DNA of 46,007 bases, filler included, from Catajapyx aquilonaris (GCA_000934665.2; 2 parts of 2 records of this genome joined end to end with filler, not necessarily neighbours in it), one strand, 5' to 3'; shown: positions 11,581-23,072, counted from the first letter of the whole stretch. Translations and numbers: made by a program. Notes: generated from the letters alone by a model not told the origin.

Positions 11581-12259
11581 CTTTACAAAATACTAAGGCC
11601 GTGGTACGAAAGTTGAAGCAAGAGCGATATGGGGAGAGAAACAAAACACTGACTGATGTTTCCTCCAGTTCAATGGATAATGGCTATAAAGAGAAGTGGC
11701 GTATGTGCGAGCGTACTGACTTTCCTGAACCATCAGCTATCGTTGAAAGCGGAGCCCAAAATGCTCAAGAACTCACACGTACAGTGGTCAAATTTTCAGC
11801 CGTAGTCGTAGTCCTAGAGAGCAATTTCCTAACCGACAGCAAAACTCCCAAACCCAGAAATATCCTAACCGACAGCAGATTTTTTTTTTTACGTTACCCC
11901 GTGCTATGGCCATGGGTCCTTATAGGGGGGTGGGATACCACCATTTTCTTCAATTTTCTATTTTTTCTTCTTCACTCCGGTGCAAGGATGAAAGGACATG
12001 GGGAAGGGATAGGGGCTTTTTGGGGAGGGAACATGGGTGCAAGGTGCACGTCTGAAACGACTGCACGACAGCAGAATTTTCAAACCCAAGAAAACCCTCA
12101 CTCTCCTAATACTGACTCATCCTCGGGCCGGGGGAGAGGCCGTGGTCTGGGCGGAGGACGACTGGCCCCTAGAGACGATCCGATGGTGGGGCAGGAGGCG
12201 ATACCATCGCGGAGTGGTGCAGAGCAGATGGAGAGACGACGTGGTGCATCTGTAATGAT

Positions 12260-12526
12260 GAACCAGCTGATGACTTTGATCCAGAACACACATTGGGCGA
12301 TATAGTGCAAGGGACAGACGAGGTGGTCGATGCACAATTGGGCGCTGGGAATGGCGGTGTGAGGACCAGTGGGGACGAATTAGAAGCTGACGGACGAGCA
12401 TTGATGGAAAGCCAACAAGGAGGACAATGTGATGATGCTGGAAACGACGAAGATGACGAGGAATGGGTGACACGTTCCAGTGCATCAGCAAACCCAGAAA
12501 ATGTGGCTGGTACACCTGCTGACATG
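12260..12526 (+). repeat. Dispersed repeat A, copy 1 (acidic Gly/Asp/Glu-rich ORF fragment)
   Basis: LGDIVQGTDEVVDAQLGAGNGGVRTSGDELEADGRAL...DDEEWVTRSSASAN aligns with 18772-19041. Confidence 0.9.
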
Positions 12527-13100
12527 AGAGGGATAGTGATAATTTGCTAAATAATGTCAGTAGATTACCATTACAATATGTTGTATTCACCGTTTTTAAT
12601 TGTGTCATGTATAGTAGGGCTTTTATTTGCTTTAGGTCATGTTTATAGGAGGCGCCAGAGCGGCATCCCAAGGGTTTCCCTTCGCACCGTACCCCAAAGT
12701 TCAAGTTCAAGTAGTAATGTTAATACAAGTGGAACAGTAATTATTGACTAATCAGCAGATCTGCTAATATATGAGTCTGACCCGTCATACAGGGACAGAC
12801 CGGCAAAAAGATGGGGTTGTAGCATGGGCCCGAACATATCTTGAATCGACCCCCACTGGATGGGAACATTCCTGGTCTTGCGAGGATCAGAGGTGGCCAA
12901 CTCTGAATTCTCAATACCCTGGTATGATCCAGATTGCCTATCTACGCATATTGAACGCTAAAGTATTGTTTTGAATGACGTTTTATTTTGAATTCAGGAG
13001 CGCTCGTTGACCCTCCACTTTTCCAGCCATCCTACTTGCCGCAGACTTGAATAGTTACCCGTCAGGATAACTATCCAAACAACTTAAGGAGGGGGAACAA

Positions 13101-13288
13101 GGACGGGAGGAGGAAGGCTGTACTCTTGCCCATGGAGCCAGTTTCTTGCTGCTGTTGGCTGGGTGCATGGCAATTGTTTCATTGTCGTTCCTTGCAGCGT
13201 CATCATTTCTCTCCCTGTACCCAGACGGACGGGAGGATGAATGCGGCTGTATTCTTGCCCATGGAACCAGTTTCTTGCTGCTGTTGGC
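13101..13288. repeat. Direct repeat of about 60 bp, 2 copies (13101-13159, 13227-13288)
   Basis: GGCTGTA(C/T)TCTTGCCCATGGA(G/A)CCAGTTTCTTGCTGCTGTTGGC present twice. Confidence 0.85.
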
Positions 13289-13289
13289 A

Positions 13290-14446
13290 AGACACTCGCC
13301 CTCACAGAGGAAGGGGAAGGCACGTCGACGATCAGCAGGATCAGAGCGTTGCTACGCCCCATAATCCCTCACAAATCATTGCTGCCCGATAAGAAGTCAC
13401 TCGGGACAGCATTGGCAAATTCAATATGAATGACGCCAAGCTCGTGTGCTAGAATGCACGATCACTCCAGCACAAAATCCCAGGGCTCATCAAACGAGCA
13501 TATGAGGACTTCACACACCCACCCATCCTCGCTGTAACGGAAACGTGGCAGAGGGGGAAGGCGCAGAATGTAAGAGGCTACCTGGACTATTCAAAGCCGA
13601 GGCGAGGGGACACAAAAGGTGGCGGGGTAGCCATATATGTGCCCCAACAACCGTGCTTTATGGCAAGCACGGAGCTAAATCTGACGGGCGTGCAAGCCCC
13701 TCTAGAGGCGGTGGCATGCAGGGTGAAAACCTACTTTTACAACCCGCCAGGTGAAAAGCTTGACGAGGATGTACTTTCCAACATACTCGAACAATGCCCA
13801 AAACCACTGGTCATGTGCGGAGACTTTAACGCGCACAGCTGCGAGTGGGGAGGGCACACTACAATAACAAATGCCTCGGGCACGGCCCTGGAGAATGCCG
13901 CAGCGGCAGCAGACCTAATAGTACTCAATGTCGGACGACCCACCTATCAGAGGGCCCCCGGCGAGCCCGGCTCAAGTCTGGACATTACTGCCATATTTGG
14001 CGACATATCTATGGACTACGCCTGGGAGGTGGGGGAGGATCAGTGGGGGAGTGACCACTTCCCAAAGTTCCTCGTCCCACTTAAGCCTGCACGCAAGCAC
14101 CCCGCCCCTATGGGCAGTGTAACGCGGCAGGTGAACTGGGCCACGTTCAAGACTCCGGCAAAACGTATTCAGCATCCGGCTGGGAGTGATTTGAAACTCG
14201 GTCTGACTGAATTGACCGGCGCCATTTTGACGGCGGTCAAAGAGGCGACCCTAGAAGTGAAAACCCCCGACAAGTTTGTCGCGATGCCCTGGTACAACCA
14301 GGCCTGCGCAAAGGCGCTACAAAAGGAAACAGAGGCTAGAAGGGGAGCCAAAAAGCACCGTCAGAACACAAAACTCCGGCTGGAGTACAGACGCGAAGTG
14401 GCCAGGTGCCGCAGAACGCTGCTTGCAGCCAGGAAGGCCAGCTGGG
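13290..14446 (+). pseudogene. LINE fragment: probable ORF1 end plus ORF2 AP endonuclease (I/Jockey/R1-like)
   Basis: ORF2 ATG at 13426 overlaps the upstream TGA (ATGA). Motifs (W>stop)NARSL, AVTETW, GGGVAIYV, YNPP, MCGDFNAH, LDI, GSDHFP. No RT domain follows. Confidence 0.9.
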
Positions 14447-14700
14447 CTCCATATGAGCGATGGCATTACAGGAAACCATCTCTAGAATACATAAGAATTT
14501 TTGGTAGCATAGCATATGCCAAGACACCAGATGAAAAAAGGAGGAAACTAGACAGTACAGCTGAAAGGTTGATGTTTGTGGGATACCAGGAAGGAACCAA
14601 AGCTTATAGGCTGGTAAACCCCGATAACAACACAATTCGTGTAAGTCGAGATGTGAAGTTGATGGAAAGTTCTTCGCATGACAAGAAAACTGACGTGAAG
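14447..14700 (+). pseudogene. Ty1/copia pol fragment (post-integrase SH3-like region)
   Basis: PYERWHYRKPSLEYIRIFGSIAYAKTPDEKRRKLD...MFVGYQEGTKAYRL...VSRDVK. Confidence 0.9.
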
Positions 14701-14725
14701 GGGATAACACTATTAGGAAAGGCAA

Positions 14726-16733
14726 ATGGTGCACAGCTCTGTCCCGAATTTGGAAATACCATGCAAAGTAGCTAAGTGCACAAGGACATGCAACAGTTAC
14801 GCAGCCATCGACCACGCTAATTTTACTAGAGAGGGACGAGATTTGCATACAAGTGCTGCTGGGGACATTATGACATGTCCCTTGCAGATCTGTAAGCAAA
14901 AACTTTACAGTCAGCAGTCTTTCCTGAAACACATCAAAGGGCACATATCTCAGGGTTCCGCAATTCAGTGCCCATATGCTGGCTGCGAAAGGCAATACAA
15001 AAGGCTTTCATCATTTACCTCTCATGTCACACGCTATCACAGAAACAATTCGCAGCTTTCTGCACATTTTCAAGAGACCGAATGTGTGCAAGTGAGAACT
15101 AACAACTTGCCAGACCAAGTACTATCAGATTCAGAGACAGAGAAAGATGATGTGAACTTAGGGAGTAGTGGTAATAGTACAGTAAGTCAAGATGAGCTTG
15201 AGCAGAAGGTTGCTCTTTGCAAACAAAGTATCACGTGCCAAAGTCAACCATTCAAGTAATAGTGCAGGAGCTTCGCGATACACATGATTTAAATCAGAGT
15301 CATATAACAAGGGAGCTGAGCAAATGTTTGATGATGCACAACATCCCACAGAATGTTGTTCAAGATATTTCTGACACATTCATTCGAGTGATCTTTTTTC
15401 TCACATTCATGAAAAGACAACTGGAGCTTTGAGTACTAGCTATAAGCGAGAGAAGCACTACAAAGAGAGATACAAGTTCATTCCACCAAGCTCAATTAGG
15501 CTAGGTTATGATTCTTCCCACACACTACAATTTTACCAAATGTAGCCATCAAAGATAGAATTTCAGCCATATTTAAGGATAGTGGTGTACGGGAACAGTA
15601 CATGCAGTCAGTGCAAGAATTGCCTTGGTGTGGGGAATTACCTGGGTGTGGGAAATTACTTCGTGATTTCACTGATGGTACAGCATTCAAGGAGAACATG
15701 TTCTTCCAGGAAAATAAGAAAGCACTGCGCATCATGTTATACCAGGACTCTTTTGAGGTGGTGAATCCACTAGGCTCTGCTAAATCAAAGCACAAGATTC
15801 TTGGAGTACCGGGTATATTACATGCTAGGGAACTTGTGCAACTATAACAGGTCCAAAGTAGATAGCATTCAGTTGGCGCTGTTATGCAAGGAAAAAATTT
15901 CAAGGAGTTCGGGCACAGAGCAGTTTTTTATCGTCTAGTGGAGGATATTAAAGATATTGAAAGGGAAGGTCTTGACCTAGGATTCAATGTAAATGTCAAA
16001 GGTAGTGTTGTATTTATTGCAGGAGACAACCTTGGCAGCCACTGTATTGGTGGGTTTTTGAAGAGTTTCTCCACTGCGCAGTACTTTTGCCGTTACTGTC
16101 TGATAACCAAAGAGCTGTTTCATAAGTGTCCTGTTCATGAATCTTTTACATTGCGGACAAGAGAAAGCTATGACATTGCTGTGTCACTGGTGGAACAGAG
16201 CCATCATGAAGTGCCTGTAACAAGCCAAGAAGGTGTGAAGTTTCATTCAATTTTTAATTAATTACAAGGGTACCATGTTTGTGATGCACGCTTACCACCA
16301 TGTTTGGGTCATGATATGTTTGAAGGAGTAGTTCAGTATGATGTTGCCACTTACCTGAAGTATTTTGTTCTTGACAAAAAATGGATTACCTATGACATGC
16401 TTAACAGGGCATTAAAGAAATTTAAATGCAGAGGATGCGAACCGAGTGACAAGCTCAATTCCGTATCACAAAATGGAGAAAAACTTGGGAGGACATGCAG
16501 TACAAAATTGGTGCATGCTGAGAATTTTGCGATTGCTGGTGGGGAAGTCAATAAAAGATACTAATGACTCGGTGTGGCAGTTCTTATTGCTTTTAAGGCA
16601 GCTTGTTGAGATTTTGTGTGCACCAGTAATAACTGTGGAGAAAGTTGCACACCTGAAAGTACTGATTGAAGAATACTTGGATGACAGAAGAGCATTGTTT
16701 CCTGCACAAGAGGGTAGAAAAAGAAAAGGATAA
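14726..16733 (+). pseudogene. CACTA/EnSpm-type transposase with N-terminal C2H2 zinc fingers, multiply frameshifted and 3' truncated
   Basis: CPLQIC..H..H and CPYAGC..H..H fingers; LYQDSFEVVNPLGSAKSKHKI; IAGDNLGSHCIGGF..FCRYC; PPCLGHDMFEGVVQYD; LGGHAVQNWCMLR. Confidence 0.8.
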
Positions 16734-17869
16734 AACAGAATATGAACCAGTTCAGACAAATCATGGATACATACAAAAAAAACACATAAATCAGGTGAGA
16801 AAGACGTTAATTCATCTAACTGTAACATAAGGTGACAAGGCCATACTGTATAGAGCCTCGTCTGCAAGAGTGTATTTGTTGCATTCCATACTGCAATACT
16901 TTGCAATACTTTTTCAATATTTTCAAATTACATGGCTATGTTGTGAGGGCTAATAATGGTTCAAATTACAAGTGTACCTAAAAAATTCACGTAAATAAGG
17001 CTTCTCACATGTCAACCAATACAACACAATGCACCTTCTCATACGTGACTGCAGCCACCAGTGCCTGTTCGTGTTGCATTCTAATCCACAATCCTACATG
17101 ATTAAGTTGTAGGAAACTGCATGGTACTGAGTAATCCTGATCATTATTGAAACTGTCGCTTATTAGGTGAACTAATTTTACTATTGCAGCACACTCCATT
17201 CCACTACTTGCACGTCAAGGCATAGCACAAGACACTGCACCTGGCACCAACACAAATTCAACTGTTGTGTCTGATTTGGCTGACCGTAGTCGTGAAGTAT
17301 ATATGTATTTCATAATGTCAGATAATAGTCCACTTAAAATGATGGAAATATGACATTATTTTCTTTTAATTTTATGATACTTAGATTGATGAGGAGCTGA
17401 CTGCAGAGGTCCACGCAACTCTAGAAGAAGAGATTGTACCTCCTGCACACACAGATTCAGATCCTGTTGCAGATTCTCCAGTATGAATTTCAGAAAATAT
17501 GGTAATAGTCCCCTCTAAATGATGAAAGTGTGACATTATTTTCCTTTATTTTTATTATGTTAAGAGTGGTGGTGAGCAGACAGCTGAAGTTGTGCAGACA
17601 ATAAGGCAAGAAGAGCATGTTTGCAGCAGAATGGTCACACTCAGAAACCTGGTGGCGGAGAAAGAAATTGAAGAAGAACAATTAAAGAGGAAGCTAGCAG
17701 CCTATGAGGAAATCTGCAATCGTAAGAAATTTCAAATCATTCATAAATCTAATTAGGGCTTTCTTCTATAATCATTTTAATATTTCAGCTTCTGAAGAAG
17801 TATCCTCATACTTGAAGGCATTGGGAAACTTGGTGGGAATGGTGTCATAAAGTATAATATTCTCTCCCG

Positions 17870-18144
17870 ACTGCTAATCGGGAGGTCCTGGGTTCGAATC
17901 CCGGAGGCCGGCGACCCTGACCATGGTTTTCTGTGGTTTCCCATGGTCCTTGCAGGATAATTCCGGGGTCGTTACCGTAATATAGGCCACAGCCGCCTCC
18001 TTCCTTCCCTTTCCCTGCTTCATTCCGGTGATGAGAAAAATAGTAAAAATGGAAGAGTTCCAGACAAAAAATTGGGAGAAATCCCCCCCCTAGGAAAGCC
18101 CGTAGGCTGATAATGGGGTATCAAATTATTATTATTATTATTAT
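17870..18144 (+). mobile_element. 5'-truncated tRNA-derived SINE with (TTA)n tail and 15-bp TSD
   Basis: B box GGTTCGAATCC (17891-17901); (TTA)n tail; TAATATTCTCTCCCG duplicated at 17855-17869 and 18145-18159. Confidence 0.9.
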
Positions 18145-18771
18145 TAATATTCTCTCCCGCCTCCACAGAATGAGTGCAAATATGGTCAAGAAGCCAGGCA
18201 GGAAGGAAGGGCAGGAAGTCCATTGGCCAAGTTGCCATCTGCGCATGATAAAGTAAGTGTGGATGATAATTTTTGAATTAACAGCATTCCATGAACACCA
18301 GACATCCCCAATAGCTGGATTGATATCAATTTCCTCCACATAAATAAATTTTACTGCCAAAGCTAATATATAGCTTAGCTAATTAAGTAATATCTGTAAT
18401 AGAATATTCTAACAAGATCCAGAAGCACTGATGATAATGGCTTCATGGAATTTATTTGGATTTTTCTCTATCCACCTACAAAACTTCAACAGCTGATGCA
18501 TTGCAATTAAAATTGTGACAATAAATTCAATACTTCAGGTAAAACTGGTTCAAGGTTCCGAAATCATGGTTACCAAGGCACAAAGGAACACCATCCTGTT
18601 TTATGGTAAAAGGAAGCCGCCACTAATTGTCGCCAAGTTTCTCGATGTGCTGCACCCCAGTGGATTACATATGTTTTCTGCTTTATACGGGAAGAGGGGT
18701 TTAACACCCCTCCCAGCAGAAGAGACCGCAGATACGGCGGGACGTGGACACCTCCAGGATGTGGTGTCAGG

Positions 18772-19041
18772 GAACCAGCGGATGACTTTGATGCAGAACA
18801 TACCTTGGGCAACATAGTGCAAGGGATAAACGAGGTGGTCGCTACGCAGTTGGGTGCTGGGAATGGAGGTGTGAGGAACAGTGGAGATGAAGCTGAAGTG
18901 GATGGCAGAGCATTGGTGGGAAGTCAACCACAAGGAGGACAATATGATGACGCCGGAAATGAAGCAGACGATGAGGAATGGGTGACAAGGTCCAGTGCCT
19001 CGGCAAACCTTGAACATGTTGGAGGTGCACCTGCGGATATG
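18772..19041 (+). repeat. Dispersed repeat A, copy 2
   Basis: LGNIVQGINEVVATQLGAGNGGVRNSGDEAEVDGRAL...DDEEWVTRSSASAN; diverged from copy 1. Confidence 0.9.
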
Positions 19042-19708
19042 TGTAAGCGCATCATGGAAAAATTCTTTCACAGTTTAAATCCACTGAATAGGTCAAATGG
19101 TCTCGGTGACAGCCTTGATAATGGTAAATTCGGGTAAATTCCCTGGTAAAATGTTCGAAATTTTGGTGCATGAGAAAGACAGAAAATTGGAGCAAATGCT
19201 GGTGGAATGTAACTTGGCGAACATTAATGTTCCTAGGAAAAAGGATGTACGTAGATGCTGTTCTTACTAAATACTGGAACAATGGCTATCAGGAATATTT
19301 TAGAGCCAAGAATAAATTACAGAGTTGTGATAAATGGCAGGAATACAAATGGGGTTTGGCACGAAAAAATACATAAATTGGCCGCAGTTGGAAGGGATAA
19401 GAATTCAGGATAGCCTTGAAGTTGTTTATTTACATAATCAATTGGTGTGTAAATTATTGGGTGTTGATACTGTGGTGGATATATATACTGCACTTAACCT
19501 GCACTTAACTCGACCTGCTGATACTTTGCAAGCCCTTCACCGTCCCCATGATGGTCACATGGTTTGCTATAGTGGATGTTGTGCAACCATTTTGTACTTT
19601 CATTGTTACTTGCTATATTCATTGCTGCACTGTAGGTTTATATTGTACTTTTGATTTCTCTGTTAGTAACTTTCAGCGTCCCCCAGTACTCCTTATAAAC
19701 TACACTGT

Positions 19709-19751
19709 GCATCTCTGATGAGCCCAGTAGGTGGCGAAACGCGTCAGGTGC
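19709..19751 (+). ncRNA. Minimal type I hammerhead ribozyme (Penelope pLTR type)
   Basis: Stem I GCATCT/AGGTGC (one G-U pair), CTGATGA (19715-19721), stem II GCC..GGC, GAAA, palindromic stem III ACGCGT, GTC cleavage triplet. Confidence 0.9.
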
Positions 19752-19905
19752 TGATTCAAAGGAGGACTGCTGCAGGTCATGTTATGCAATGCATTATTCC
19801 TGAGCAGATGATGCTTTGATCATTTAAATTCCTGTCTGTCGTCCTCTGGGTGAAAACTATGTCAACCCAAGCAGCCTCCATCCAAGACACAGCTTCACAG
19901 GCATC

Positions 19906-20301
19906 GTGCTGGGCCTCATAATCCGCATCAGAAGGAGAACCACCACCATCACAGGCGCCATCAACTCTGGGATTGAAGCGCTGACCCAACTGGCCAGACA
20001 GAGGTATCCAGCCACCCTCCTTTTTACTCTCCTGAGAGAAAATCAGCTTCCTGACTCCCACAGCATCATGCCCCATTCCGGCACCCCCATCCGAAAGCAG
20101 CCCCCCTTGCTAGCCCATAGTTGGCAATGGATCTTGCCCAGAAGTGCTGACCACAAACAGATCCTAGCCATAGTGCGCAAATGGCAACAATCAGCGCAAG
20201 CCAATTGTCGCTTTCCGCCTTCTGCGGTGAGCTGCCTCCCAAGGAAGGGTCGTAGCACCTCCCGAATTGCAATTAGGGCGTCCCATCCCTACACAGCCTA
20301 G
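19906..20301 (+). pseudogene. Possible post-RT (thumb) fragment of a Penelope-like element
   Basis: GLIIRIRRRTT...EALTQLARQRYPATLL loosely matches the PLE R..R.....L...GYP thumb pattern; lies between two hammerheads. Confidence 0.35.
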
Positions 20302-21061
20302 CCATAACCTCCCCTACCGCCATCCTCAAAGCCCACCTCTCCCAGCTGCAGACTCGGCATTACCCACCATGGAAGAACCGGCTCTGAAGAAACCCAGCAA
20401 TGAGGCGGCCAGCTCACGTGACCCACCTCCTATCTGCCCTACACGGGCCGGAAGGACCCGCAAGATCGCATTTGGGACCGACCGGAATCATCTTACGGAC
20501 TGCACAACACGGGATCATACCCGGCACATCCGCAGGAAGATGGACAAGCAGCATCCCATAACGACGGGATTCCAATAGTCGAACCAGACGACCAGGACAA
20601 CGACATCATTAGGACACCTCACCACCATGTACGGGGACCCGGAGCAACACCCCCGCGAAGGGGGCGGTCCCCTACGCAACTTCCGGAAGAGCGAGATGAT
20701 CCTCGCCACCCCCCTTTTTAACCTTTTATTGTACTTTTCTTTCCATAGTGTATTCCCTCCCCCCATAGTTGTGACCGAAGCCAGCCAAGACCGAAGCCCC
20801 CCCCCCCCTTTCCCCCCAAACCAGCGTCACCCGCTTTTCTCAAGCGGGCCTTCCCCTATGAATCATGCCTGATTCATACCATCCTGACTCTACAAGAGGG
20901 CCTTTCCCATGAATCATACCTGATGCGTAGCCCACCCACCGTATCCTACCCCCATACTTCCCTGCAAAACTCCCGACCCAAAATTCCGTTCCTTTTTTGG
21001 TATAAATAGGCCACCCCTTGGATGGCCTGGTCACAATCAGCCAAAGCCTCCCTGCTGTCAC

Positions 21062-21108
21062 TTCCCCTGTTGAAGGCCCCACAGTACTGGCCCGAAACGA
21101 GTAGGGAA
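21062..21108 (+). ncRNA. Variant or degenerate minimal hammerhead ribozyme
   Basis: Stem I TTCCC/GGGAA, core CTGTTGA (A6 changed to U), A-C mismatch closing stem II GGCC..GGCC, GAAA-C-GA-GTA. TATAAA about 60 nt upstream and AATAAA just downstream. Confidence 0.65.
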
Positions 21109-22134
21109 ATCGCTGTGAAGCTTTTGTGCTGTAAATAAAATCTGGCTGATTGCTTGGAAGAAGAAAAAATGCACGCTTTTAATAATTACCACGGATCGAA
21201 GCGACACTTCCTGACCACCTCAGCCCACAGCAGCAGTCCGGCCGAGGAGAGGACCACCATCTTCGACCACCAGCATCACCCCGGAGCACCCACCAGCCCC
21301 GGAACGACCCTCCAGGATTCCCCAGACCAGCCTATAGAGGACACCACCATTTCACAGCTCGGGCAGCCTTGACCATGGCCGCCTAGAGAAGCAGCTTTCT
21401 GCCCCGGGGTACGTCAGCTTGAAGTAGCAGAACCTTACTTTTTAGGGCTGTGAACGTAGTGGTCAATTTCTGCTTGTTTCATTAGACTTTTTCATTAATG
21501 GCTTTTTATTACAAGCAGTATTACCAGTTCCCTTGGCATCTGTCCAAGTAAAAAAATATTTTTTCATGAATGTAATTGGTATTTTGTAGGTCAGAAATAG
21601 AAACCGCATGCACAAGTGAAACACCGGAGAGGAAATGGCCTGTGCCTTTCATCTTACCAAGATTGCCAAAGACAGTGAGTGATGCCATAAAAGAGAACAG
21701 GATGACTTCTTGCGAGAGAAACAAGCTTGTGGCCACTGTTTTTGAGGAAATGTGCAAATACACATTGCGAGTTTTTTTTTAAATCAAACTGCTGAGCCAC
21801 CCGGAGGGGACACTACTGCACCGGGCATTACCATGCGCTCATGCTACAGGAGCGAAACATCCAAACTCTGAGTATTCATGGGTGGGCCAGGTCAATTCCC
21901 TAATGTTGAAATATAAATTGCTCCCATGGGGAAAGAACAAATTGACGTCCCGGCCCTGCTTTTAGCGACCCTTGCCCAGGTAAGGTCGGAGGACCTAAGT
22001 AGGCTGTCGGCGAAGGAAAAATATGCACACTATTTGGAAATACGGAGCGTAGAGGGTAAAACGCCTTACTTAAACGGGAATCTCCCACTGCCTGGACCCT
22101 GATTATCTACCAAACCGGTTTAACCTCCGTTTTC

Positions 22135-22941
22135 ATGTACAGAACAACTTTGCTATACGTGACAGGGCACGTGCTAAATGGAATGATAAAGCCAATAATG
22201 TCAACGGTAAGGGAGGACCCAACAGGAGACAGGGTAGGAGGGGCCCAGGGGGAGACAGATCTGGGGGAGATACGAGAAGAGACCAACCTACCACACCCAG
22301 GCCTCCAAACAAACCAGGTCCCTAGAAACATCCCAAGCAACATTACAACGCAACCGCCTCTTTCCAACCAAGTGCTTGACCTGTACCAACCACAACCACG
22401 GAATTTAACTACTATTCCCGGTACCAAACCCACCTATACACCTCTTCCACCAAGAGTTCATCGTGGCAAAGGGGCCTCCAAGGGACGAGGAAGCTCTACG
22501 CAGGTGGCAGCAGTCCACAGCCTTGGATCAGATGCAGCCGGTGGAGCCCCAGAAACGATGACCATAGCTCCATCAATACCATCTGCGGCTTCCATTGTGG
22601 ACGAAGATGGCTCCCACTTTGAAAACCTACAAGATGAGGGACAATTTCAGGACCCGGAAGAGTTAGTCCATGCAACACTCAACGACTTGATACAAGATCA
22701 AGAAACAGCGGAGGATGGAGATCAGGAGGATGGTACGGAAGCAGCCGGGATGGGCCAGGATTATGAAGAGGATCCACTGGGGCAAGTCAGGGTCACTCCG
22801 GATGTCAACGCCAATGCCAACCAGTCACAACATGGACCTAGTGGGTCTACCAGGTCACACCACAAAGGACAAGTTCTTATGGACCATATGTACACTAATT
22901 TAGACCCTTTAAATACTGCCAACTGCTGGGGTATGAAATAG
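22135..22941 (+). CDS. Low-complexity Pro/Gln/acidic ORF, probably transposon-derived; function unknown
   Basis: 268-aa open frame, disordered composition, weak resemblance to repeat A (ATLNDLIQD vs HTLGDIVQG). Confidence 0.3.
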   Translation: MYRTTLLYVTGHVLNGMIKPIMSTVREDPTGDRVGGAQGETDLGEIREETNLPHPGLQTNQVPRNIPSNITTQPPLSNQVLDLYQPQPRNLTTIPGTKPTYTPLPPRVHRGKGASKGRGSSTQVAAVHSLGSDAAGGAPETMTIAPSIPSAASIVDEDGSHFENLQDEGQFQDPEELVHATLNDLIQDQETAEDGDQEDGTEAAGMGQDYEEDPLGQVRVTPDVNANANQSQHGPSGSTRSHHKGQVLMDHMYTNLDPLNTANCWGMK

Positions 22942-22972
22942 AAGAAGTGTAATCTAGTCTGAAAAATTCTCG

Positions 22973-23072
22973 NNNNNNNNNNNNNNNNNNNNNNNNNNNN
23001 NNNNNNNNNNNNNNNNTTAATTAATTAANNNNNNNNNNNNNNNNNNNNNNNNNNNNNNNNNNNNNNNNNNNN
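22973..23072. other. Artificial assembly gap spacer
   Basis: 44 N + TTAATTAATTAA (stop codons in all six frames) + 44 N, exactly 100 bp. Confidence 0.97.

Noticed and set aside
19150..19400. Decayed GIY-YIG endonuclease C-terminus before hammerhead 3
   Set aside because: Only a faint resemblance (LGEH...RNILE) with many stops; not supportable without a profile search.
21836..21860. GCTC..GAGC-GAAAC resembling hammerhead stem II
   Set aside because: No CTGANGA upstream.
23017..23028. TTAATTAATTAA as a biological motif
   Set aside because: Centred in an N run; it is an assembly linker.
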